Source: Thermodesulfobacteriota bacterium
GTDB lineage: Bacteria; Desulfobacterota; Desulfobacteria; Desulfobacterales; SURF-7
Length of the DNA: 64,000 bases
Direction of reading: 5' to 3'
Assembly: GCA_049320885.1 (NCBI GenBank)
Contig: JBMORA010000063.1
Coordinates: 96,001 to 160,000, forward strand
Shown in pieces: positions 56,442 to 64,000 of this stretch. Numbering within the stretch: the first letter of the stretch is position 1; each line of letters opens with the position of its first letter. The position numbers were made by a program, and so were the translations under genes. The notes under the pieces were generated by a model that was given only the letters and a program-made list of their open reading frames with translations, made no database searches and was not told the DNA's origin.

Positions 56442-58945
56442 CTGCTTTTTTTGGATTTCAAATGGATGGGAACTTTTTCGATCCTCCAGATTCCATCGCA
56501 GTATTCCCGGATGGCCCGATCCGACGAGAACTGCCCCATGCGGGCGACATTCGCCATGGACATGCGCGTCCACAGTTCCGGGTCCAGGTATGTCCGGTTG
56601 ACCCTGTCCTGGGCCTCGATGTACGCCTGATAATCCGCCAGAAGACAATAGGAATCATGATTCAGGAGGGATTCAACCAGGTTCCTGAACAGATCCCGGT
56701 CTCCGCCGGCCAGGGCTCCCGAAGCGATCAAATCCAGAACCTCGCGCAGCTGAGCGTTGTGCTCATAATACTCCCGCGGCCGGTAGCCCCGCGCGTGGAG
56801 ATCCTGAATCTCATCGGCCGTGAGACCGAACAGGAAAAAATTGTCGGGCCCGACCTCCCGGCGAATCTCGACATTGGCTCCGTCCAGGGTGCCGATGGTC
56901 AGGGCGCCGTTCATGGAAAACTTCATGTTGCCGGTGCCGGAGGCTTCCTTTCCGGCCGTGGAAATCTGTTCGGAAAGATCCGCGGCCGGATAGATGGCGT
57001 GGCTGTTTTTGACATTGAAATCCGGAAAGAAGACGACTTTCAAGCGTCCCCGGATATCCGGATCGTTGTTCACCAGCTCGGCGGTGGAGTTGATCAGCTT
57101 GATCATGAGTTTGGCCGTGACATAGCCCGGCGCCGCTTTCCCCCCGAAGATACATGTCCGGGGAGGCGCCTCCAGCCGGGGATCCCGCTTGAGTCTCAGG
57201 TACAGCGTCAGGATATGCAGCACATTCAAATGCTGGCGCTTGTATTCATGGATCCGTTTGACGTGGATATCGAAGAGGGAATGCGGGTCGACCGGGATAC
57301 CGGTCCTTTTATGGATCAGGGCGGCCAGGGATTGCTTGTTGGTCAATTTGGCATTGCGCCATTCCGCGCGGAAATCGGGATCGTCCATGAATTCCTCGAT
57401 GGCGTTGATCCGGCTGAGATCGCTGATCCATCCCCGGCCGATCCGGGAGGAAATCAGCTCGGTCAGGCAAGGATTCGCCAGGACCATGAACCGGCGCTGG
57501 GTAACGCCGTTGGTAACATTGGTGAACTTCTCCGGCCAGAGCCTGAAAAAATCCCGTAAAACATCCCGCTTCAGCAATTCGCTGTGAAGCCCGGCCACGC
57601 CGTTGATGGTATGGCTGCCGACGCAGGCAAGGTTGGCCATGCGCACATAGCGTTCTCCGGCTTCATCGATCAGGGACAGTCTTTCCGCGAGTCCGGAATC
57701 TTCCGGATATCGCTCCCGGACATCGGCCAGGAAACGGGCGTTGATCTCATGGATGATCTCAAGATGACGCGGCAACAGGCGCTGAAAGAGCGGAAGCGGC
57801 CATTTTTCCAAGGCTTCCGGAAGCAGGGTATGGTTGGTGTAGGAGAACGTGCCCTGCACGATCTCCCAGGCCGGCTCCCATTTCATACCGCGTTCATCGA
57901 TGAAAATCCTCATCAGTTCGGCAACGGCGACGGCGGGATGGGTGTCGTTCAATTGCACGGCGTACTTGACGTGAAAGCTGGAGAGATCGGCTTTTTTCTG
58001 CTCATAAATCCGCAGCATGTCCTGCAGGGAGCAGGAAACGAAAAAATACTGCTGCAACAACCGAAGTTCCTTGCCCGCGGCCGGCTCATCGTTGGGATAG
58101 AGGACTTTGGTGATATTTTCCGACACCATCTTGTCTTCCACCGAACCGTAATAATCCCCCACGTTGAAGGCCTGAAGATCGAAGGATTCGCAAGCTTCGG
58201 CCTTCCACAGCCGCAACAGGTTGGCCGTATTGACGGCATACCCTAAAATGGGGGTGTCATAGGGGATGCCCCGGATAACCCGGTCCGGAATCCAGCGGAC
58301 TTTATAGCGTCCATTCTCGTCATGATACGCCTCGGTTCGTCCCCCGGCCTTTACTTCCAGGGCCAGCTCCGGATGGGCGATCTCCCATGGATTTCCCAGG
58401 CGCAGCCATTTATCCGTGACCTCGACCTGCCAGCCGTCCTTGATTTCCTGATCAAATATACCGAATTCATAGCGGATGCCGTAACCGATGGCGGGGATGC
58501 TCAGGGTGGCGAGGGAATCCATGTAGCATGCGGCGAGGCGTCCCAAACCGCCGTTTCCCAGCCCGGGCTCCTCCTCTTGCTCGATCAGGCGGTCCAGATG
58601 GAGGCCCAGCTCCTTCAGGGCCCGGCGGGTTTGATGGTCGATACCGAGGTTGATCAAATTGTTGGCCAGATGAGGCCCCAGCAGGAATTCGGCGGAAAGG
58701 TAACACACGGTCCGGCTGGCCTTTTCGCGGTAGGTCTCGGCGGTGTTGATCCAGCGGTACAGCAACCTGTCACGCACGGTATAGGCCAGGGCGAGATAAT
58801 AATCGTTGGGCGTGGCCACCGCCGGAAACCTGGCCTGATGATAAAACAGATTATCGATGAAATCCTGTTTGATGGCCTTTACGCTGCAGCCGGTGCGCGC
58901 GTTCTCCGGTTCCCGGTAAGCAGGTTTGACGGGTTTTACGGTCAT
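56438..58945 (-). CDS. glgP: Glycogen/alpha-glucan phosphorylase
   Basis: GLGNGGLGRLAAC, QLNDTHP, YTNHTLLPEALE, KRIHEYKRQHLN, EASGTGNMK (PLP Lys). Confidence 0.97.
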   Translation of the reverse strand: MTVKPVKPAYREPENARTGCSVKAIKQDFIDNLFYHQARFPAVATPNDYYLALAYTVRDRLLYRWINTAETYREKASRTVCYLSAEFLLGPHLANNLINLGIDHQTRRALKELGLHLDRLIEQEEEPGLGNGGLGRLAACYMDSLATLSIPAIGYGIRYEFGIFDQEIKDGWQVEVTDKWLRLGNPWEIAHPELALEVKAGGRTEAYHDENGRYKVRWIPDRVIRGIPYDTPILGYAVNTANLLRLWKAEACESFDLQAFNVGDYYGSVEDKMVSENITKVLYPNDEPAAGKELRLLQQYFFVSCSLQDMLRIYEQKKADLSSFHVKYAVQLNDTHPAVAVAELMRIFIDERGMKWEPAWEIVQGTFSYTNHTLLPEALEKWPLPLFQRLLPRHLEIIHEINARFLADVRERYPEDSGLAERLSLIDEAGERYVRMANLACVGSHTINGVAGLHSELLKRDVLRDFFRLWPEKFTNVTNGVTQRRFMVLANPCLTELISSRIGRGWISDLSRINAIEEFMDDPDFRAEWRNAKLTNKQSLAALIHKRTGIPVDPHSLFDIHVKRIHEYKRQHLNVLHILTLYLRLKRDPRLEAPPRTCIFGGKAAPGYVTAKLMIKLINSTAELVNNDPDIRGRLKVVFFPDFNVKNSHAIYPAADLSEQISTAGKEASGTGNMKFSMNGALTIGTLDGANVEIRREVGPDNFFLFGLTADEIQDLHARGYRPREYYEHNAQLREVLDLIASGALAGGDRDLFRNLVESLLNHDSYCLLADYQAYIEAQDRVNRTYLDPELWTRMSMANVARMGQFSSDRAIREYCDGIWRIEKVPIHLKSKKSR

Positions 58946-58991
58946 AAGCGGATATCCTTGCAGGTAAGCCGCCCGTTATGCGGGCGGCGGT

Positions 58992-61670
58992 TCACTCCAC
59001 CGGACGGCCTTCGGAATAGGAAACCGTCTCGACTACCGGCATGTCACCCATGCCGTGCTCCGTATAGATCGGGATATCCGTCAGGCTGATCGCCCAGGAC
59101 TCGTCCATCTCCAGCCCGCCGGGATCGTCGACCGAAAGCAGGAACAGACTTCTCTCCAGGGGTTTGACGACGTAGACCGCGCCGGTGGTTGTTTCCGTCA
59201 GCAGGGTGCCGGCCGGCAGGTTGATGATCTTATCCCGGATGGCCCGGGTCACGACCCACCCGGACTTTTCCAGTTCTTCATACAAATCCGGCAGCCCCAT
59301 CATCCAGCCGTCATACCCCAGGGACAAAGTCCGGGCCTGTCCGGCGCCGTTTGTTAAGGCGATGTCATCGAACCTCAGGGGGTCGTCCAGCAGTTTGTAA
59401 TCGTTCCCCTCCATCAGATAGGTCACCCCGCCCGCTCCCGAAGCGTCATATTCCCAGTTGAAGGACACGCTCTCGCCGCCGATGACCGCCTCAATCCCCC
59501 ACAGCGCGGGCGCGATATCCCCCTTGGCGGCCAAGGGGACGCCGTTGGCATCGATATCGTTGTCGCCGATGCGGTCGTATACCAGCATCATATAATCCGG
59601 ATGAGTCGGATCGGTGACGAACCGGTAGGTCGAATTGGCGTCCGGATTCCACTGGTCATAAAAAACCGTCGTGTTTCCTTCCGGTAACACGGACGCGAGG
59701 TTCACCGGATTGCAGGCCGTCTGGATTTCGTTTTTGACGGTGATAACGCCGGCGCTTTTCCGGACCACATAGGCCGTTCCCTGCATGTCCATATACACTT
59801 CCAGTCCCTCCGGGAACAGGAACGCCCGGTCCGCGCCTTCCACGAATTTGGGCGTCCACGTGAATTCGTCGAAATAATCCAGCTGTTTTTCCACCCAGCC
59901 GACGGCGGCGCCTTTGTATTCAATGAAAATTCGGCCCCAGATATCGACCCAGAGCCGATCGACGCTGTCGGTATCGATGGGCACCCTGGGGAAGAACGGC
60001 TGTGCGATGATTCCCGAATCGCCCTGGATTTCTTCCGCCTCGTAAAAGCCGGCTTTGCCGCCATTCACCGCGGCGGCTTCCTCGTAAACGTAGATTTTTT
60101 CCTCCATGGTCTGCCAGTCCCAGCCCCGGATGGAGACGGCTTTACCGGAACCGGTTGCACCGCCCACCAGGGTATTCAGCCCCACAGTCGCGTCGAAGTC
60201 TTCGAATTTTCCGGATGCGCAGACCGGAGGATCGGCGGCCCAGTCCATCCGGGAGCAATATTCCCAGGCGCCGTCGTTATAGAACAGGTTGTAGTTCTGA
60301 TTGATCATGACCTCTGCGGGAATATTCTGGATATCGATGAGATCGGCTTCCTGATAAGTCCTTTTCACCAGAACCCCGCCGAATGACCTTCCCACCGTAT
60401 ATTCCTCCGCCGGCCGGTTCGGCGGAAGATCTTCGCGGGAAACCACGATTCCCATGGAGACAGGGCTCCCGTCATGGGTCCAGATCTCGTGACGTCCCCG
60501 CCAGACGCCGTAATAGGCGTGCTTTTCGACGCCTTCTTCCGTGTAGCGGATGGGGAAACCGAAGGATTTGGTCTTCAGGACATCGTCGCCGCTTTCGGCC
60601 TGATACACGCCGTAGCGGTGGGTCATCATGACCATGTGATTTCTGTCCCGGTACTCCACCTCTCCGTCCTGGCCCTCCTGGACGGCCAGATAGCCGTCGT
60701 TGTAGGCATAAACGGCCGTGCGGTGGGGCACGCCCCCTGATTGATCGCAATCCGGACAGAAATAGGCGTCATAATCCGGATAGTAAATCTTCCCGTATCC
60801 GCGGGAGGCCGACCGGTACATCACGGCCTTGGTTTTGACATCCAGTCCCTCTTCCCCGATCTGTCCCATGCCCGACAATTTCTGATACAATCGGATTTTG
60901 GCGAATCCGTTTTGCGCCGGCCGGCAATCGGCCACGAAATAGTCTTCGTCGCCGATTTCATCCAGTTTGACGTTCATGTCCCATACACCGTAATCCTGAT
61001 AGGTGCCGTCGGTGTTCAGCACCGGAGGAGAGTAAATTCTGAATTCCGCCTTGATGACCGGCGTGGCGGATTCAGAGATTTTTTCAATCCAGGCCTGCAC
61101 CAGCAGGTATGGTTGCTCACCGTCCGTCACCGCTTCGGATTGGACCAGCCAGTTCTCCAGTTTCTTCTGAGTGCGGCCCTCGTTTTTCTCCTCGACCGCC
61201 ACCATGGCTCTGTAGGGTCCGTTGCCGATCTCCTTTTCGTATTCCGTCTGGTCGATGGCCCTCAGGATCTCCTCCAGCATGGCGAACTGTTCCAAGGTGT
61301 TTTCCTCGACATAGGTCCGGGTGACGGCGGTGGCGTAATCCGTTCCGGGATCAGCGGCGTCATGCGGAATCCCGTCCGCGGCTTCCATTCCGGAAGGAGA
61401 TTCCGCCCCGCTCGATACCGGAACCGCCGACAGTTCGCTCGGCATGGTATACCGCGCCAGCTGGCTCCGGACCTCATCGGGATTGACGGGAACCGTGCCG
61501 CTGTCGCTCAATACATTGGCGCCGTGGTCGACGCTGCAGGCGTTCAAGGCCGCGACCGTCAGCAGCAGCAATCCAAGACGGACAGCCCGTCCGGCAAGGC
61601 GCAACAGCCCACCGGATTCGTCATTCCCAAATGAATCATTGCCCGCCGGTTTCCATCCTTGTAACATCAT
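58992..61670 (-). CDS. Large acidic lipoprotein of unknown function (~890 aa)
   Basis: Lipobox LNAC after a hydrophobic stretch; D/E/G/Y-rich beta-type sequence; GAGGGGAGG RBS. Confidence 0.8.
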   Translation of the reverse strand: MMLQGWKPAGNDSFGNDESGGLLRLAGRAVRLGLLLLTVAALNACSVDHGANVLSDSGTVPVNPDEVRSQLARYTMPSELSAVPVSSGAESPSGMEAADGIPHDAADPGTDYATAVTRTYVEENTLEQFAMLEEILRAIDQTEYEKEIGNGPYRAMVAVEEKNEGRTQKKLENWLVQSEAVTDGEQPYLLVQAWIEKISESATPVIKAEFRIYSPPVLNTDGTYQDYGVWDMNVKLDEIGDEDYFVADCRPAQNGFAKIRLYQKLSGMGQIGEEGLDVKTKAVMYRSASRGYGKIYYPDYDAYFCPDCDQSGGVPHRTAVYAYNDGYLAVQEGQDGEVEYRDRNHMVMMTHRYGVYQAESGDDVLKTKSFGFPIRYTEEGVEKHAYYGVWRGRHEIWTHDGSPVSMGIVVSREDLPPNRPAEEYTVGRSFGGVLVKRTYQEADLIDIQNIPAEVMINQNYNLFYNDGAWEYCSRMDWAADPPVCASGKFEDFDATVGLNTLVGGATGSGKAVSIRGWDWQTMEEKIYVYEEAAAVNGGKAGFYEAEEIQGDSGIIAQPFFPRVPIDTDSVDRLWVDIWGRIFIEYKGAAVGWVEKQLDYFDEFTWTPKFVEGADRAFLFPEGLEVYMDMQGTAYVVRKSAGVITVKNEIQTACNPVNLASVLPEGNTTVFYDQWNPDANSTYRFVTDPTHPDYMMLVYDRIGDNDIDANGVPLAAKGDIAPALWGIEAVIGGESVSFNWEYDASGAGGVTYLMEGNDYKLLDDPLRFDDIALTNGAGQARTLSLGYDGWMMGLPDLYEELEKSGWVVTRAIRDKIINLPAGTLLTETTTGAVYVVKPLERSLFLLSVDDPGGLEMDESWAISLTDIPIYTEHGMGDMPVVETVSYSEGRPVE

Positions 61671-61686
61671 GGTGCGCCTCCCTCTT

Positions 61687-62979
61687 TCAATTGCTGTAGG
61701 ATGCGGAAATATAGACCCGGAGGTTCTGGATATCCGCATCCTGTATCACCGGGGTACTACTGATGGCCTGGGCCTCGCCCGCGCCGAATGCGTAAGAGAC
61801 CCCCAGGGTAACGCTCGTCAGCCGGTGGAACAGGGTGTAGCTCAGACTCAGTCCGTAAATGTCGATATGCTCTTCCTGGTTGACTTTCCCGGACTCCAGA
61901 TCCGGCGTGTTGGCGAAATCCGTGTAGAATCCCGCCCGGACGGCCATGTCGTCCCGGAAATAATATTCAGTGCCCAGAAAGACGTTGCACACGGACTCCT
62001 TTTCATCCGCCGAGCTGTGCCAGCCCACATCGCCCGAGAACAACAGGCTGGGGGAAACGAAATAGGCGGCGCCGAATGTCAGGCTCACGGGCAGGGTCGG
62101 TTTGTCGCTGGTATTTTCGCTCTTGAAATAGATCGTGTCCGGATCGCTGAAATCATAGCTCAGCCCGTCGATATTGACCGGCTGCGCCGCCGCCGTGTTC
62201 CGGTAGATGTCATGCCGGGTGGTCTCGTTGTTGAGCACAACCACCTGGGACATGGAAAGCCCCAGGGCCAGTTTTTCCATGGGTTCCCAGATGGCGCCCA
62301 GGGAAGGTCTGATACCCCAGTCGTTGCGGGTTTCATAATAATTGATCAGAATATGCTGCCCCTGGTTGAACTGGATCAACTGGTTGCGGATGATTTCCCG
62401 ATCCCTGAAATAGGCGTATACCGTCGCCCCCATGGCCAGGGAATCGGAAAAGCGGTAGGCGTAGGAGGGTCCGAACAGATAGGTCCGGTCACTGTCGTTG
62501 ATGTTGATCATGACGGTATCCGCCGGGTTGTCGGCGAATTCCGTGCGGATATCCTGGAAATACTGTTTCTGGCGGCGCTGGATGGAATCCGTCACCGCAT
62601 AGGACATACCGAGCATGCCGTTGCCCCCGAACTGCCGCACCAGACCGAAAAAATTCGGCAGCAGGCTGGAAGACACCTGCTCCCAGTCCTGGGTCCCGCC
62701 GTCGGTTCCGGTCAGCACGTCCCGATAGGTCTTGACCTCCGAATTATAGGCGTTCACACTGGCGGAAAGGCTGAGATTCGGCGCAAAGGCAATGCCCGCG
62801 GGATTGTAAAAGCAACCCGCGGGATCATCCGCCAGCGCCGTGTAGGCCCCTCCCATTCCAGCAGCCCGGTCGCCGATGATCATGTTGACGTAATGCTGCT
62901 CGTCCGCGACCGAAACGCTTGACGCCAGGAGCCACAGCAAGCCGGACACCATCCATTTTCTAGTGGATAACATTTTCAT
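61687..62979 (-). CDS. OmpP1/FadL-like outer-membrane beta-barrel
   Basis: Signal peptide, GDRAAGMGGAYTALADD....YNPAG hatch motif, alternating beta-strands, GTEYY..AVRAGFYTD. Confidence 0.82.
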   Translation of the reverse strand: MKMLSTRKWMVSGLLWLLASSVSVADEQHYVNMIIGDRAAGMGGAYTALADDPAGCFYNPAGIAFAPNLSLSASVNAYNSEVKTYRDVLTGTDGGTQDWEQVSSSLLPNFFGLVRQFGGNGMLGMSYAVTDSIQRRQKQYFQDIRTEFADNPADTVMININDSDRTYLFGPSYAYRFSDSLAMGATVYAYFRDREIIRNQLIQFNQGQHILINYYETRNDWGIRPSLGAIWEPMEKLALGLSMSQVVVLNNETTRHDIYRNTAAAQPVNIDGLSYDFSDPDTIYFKSENTSDKPTLPVSLTFGAAYFVSPSLLFSGDVGWHSSADEKESVCNVFLGTEYYFRDDMAVRAGFYTDFANTPDLESGKVNQEEHIDIYGLSLSYTLFHRLTSVTLGVSYAFGAGEAQAISSTPVIQDADIQNLRVYISASYSN

Positions 62980-63790
62980 GGAACCTCTCCGCAACCGTTG
63001 CGTTTTTCATCTGCGCCAGGCCGCCCGCTGTCAGCACCGCATCCATTGCCGCGAATCTGACCCGATGAAGCGGGTAATCTCCCTGGTAGTTCCGATCCTC
63101 GACCTCAAACCGCCCGGCCTCCGTCAGGAATTGCTTGAGGGCGGCGGGATCGTATCCAGCCGAGGCCGCCATGAGCATGCCGATACGATCGGCCTCGATT
63201 TCATCCGTCACCTTATACCCTTCCCGGAACAGAATGTCGGCGGCCCGGTCCATGGCCTGCTCCAGGGACTTCACGGCGCCGCCGGTGGCGCCGCCGATCA
63301 GGCCGGCAATACCGGCCACGGCCGAACGGTCTTCTCCTTTGATATTCAACTCCCGAATGACGTGCCGCTCCGTAATATGGGCGATTTCATGCCCCAGCAC
63401 ACCGGCCAGCTGGGCTTCGTTGGCCATTTTCAGCAACGCTCCCCGGGTGATGAACACATACCCGCCCGGAGCCGCATAGGCATTGATATCATCGGAAGCA
63501 AGCACCCCGAAATAATAGATCAGTTCCGGCCGTCCGGAATGCAGGGCCGTGGCCCGGCCCACCAGGTTGACATAGCGGTTCAGTTCCGTATCCTCATCCA
63601 GGCCGTAGGCGCCGAGGATCCTGGCCGCCAGTTCCCGTCCGAAGAGGATCTCCGCCTCGATGGCTTCCGCCTCCCCGGAACTTTGGGCCATGCTCGAAAT
63701 CCGTTTCCGCCCGTCACCGGCAACGGCGGGGATGGTCGGAAGCCAGACGATCAGCAGTAAAATCGACATCCAGTTACCGGTGCGTTTCAT
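62960..63790 (-). CDS. M48-family zinc metalloprotease, exported
   Basis: EILFGRE, INAYAAPGG, EAQLAGVLGHEIAH, EIEAD..G..AGYDP. Confidence 0.9.
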   Translation of the reverse strand: MKRTGNWMSILLLIVWLPTIPAVAGDGRKRISSMAQSSGEAEAIEAEILFGRELAARILGAYGLDEDTELNRYVNLVGRATALHSGRPELIYYFGVLASDDINAYAAPGGYVFITRGALLKMANEAQLAGVLGHEIAHITERHVIRELNIKGEDRSAVAGIAGLIGGATGGAVKSLEQAMDRAADILFREGYKVTDEIEADRIGMLMAASAGYDPAALKQFLTEAGRFEVEDRNYQGDYPLHRVRFAAMDAVLTAGGLAQMKNATVAERFHENVIH

Positions 63791-64000
63791 GGGCCGTCCC
63801 TTCCTGTAAAAACATCAGCGCCTGGCTTTCGGTGATGTCCACCGATTCCATTTTTTCCAGGGCCTCATAATCCAGCCGGTGCCCGGAGTGAATCCGCAGG
63901 CGGTTTTCCCTCAACCCCCTGGCCGCCGCCACGGAGGAATAGGCCGAGGATCTTCGCCGGGATCGGTCGGAAAACAATTTATATTTATTCAGCAGGGACG
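63774..64000 (-). CDS. C-terminal part of a hypothetical protein (SH3-domain partner type); 5' end outside the window
   Basis: Frame open to the edge: SLLNKYKLF..RRRSSAYSSVAAARGL..DYEALEKME..FLQEG. This tail resembles, from recall, proteins encoded upstream of such M48 genes. Confidence 0.6.
   Translation of the reverse strand, partial: SLLNKYKLFSDRSRRRSSAYSSVAAARGLRENRLRIHSGHRLDYEALEKMESVDITESQALMFLQEGTAHETHR

Noticed and set aside
60746..60757. CPDC motif in the large lipoprotein as a heme site
   Set aside because: Followed by Asp, not His, so it is not CxxCH; more likely a disulfide or metal site.

Overview
GC-rich chromosomal window from an anaerobic deltaproteobacterium. Desulfobacterales-like affinity is an inference from gene content and repeat type. 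About 47 protein-coding genes plus one pseudogene; no rRNA, tRNA, CRISPR array, transposase or phage genes were recognised. Blocks from left to right: (1) partial acyl-CoA ligase and a PAS hybrid kinase. (2) A ~16-kb minus-strand run: DVU0150-like protein, TauE, two small proteins, SfrB-like NADPH oxidoreductase, PAS kinase, Xis-HTH/REC regulator, divergent MetF-like protein, SfrA/FdhA-like subunit without a catalytic Cys/Sec, NuoE, NuoF-GltD fusion, MetV and MetF. This is a candidate flavin-based electron-bifurcating methylene-THF reductase system. (3) A membrane-bound sigma-54 activator, a PEP-synthase-like dikinase and a stand-alone receiver. (4) Mixed accessory genes, including an internally deleted sensor-kinase pseudogene, a basic histone-like protein and an alkyl-DHAP-synthase-like flavoprotein. 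(5) An HK/NtrC pair, a second TauE/USP operon, and a Lon protease with an intact receiver domain that closely resembles the neighbouring NtrC receiver. (6) Signal peptidase, diguanylate cyclase, nrfHA, MocR plus aminotransferase, MCP plus stand-alone Cache protein, transglutaminase-like protein, CHASE4 kinase and glgP. (7) A cell-envelope module: partial SH3-type protein, M48 peptidase, FadL-like barrel and an ~890-aa lipoprotein. Many starts were moved downstream of the ORF track using ribosome-binding sites. Family names come from motif recognition and recall, not from database searches.
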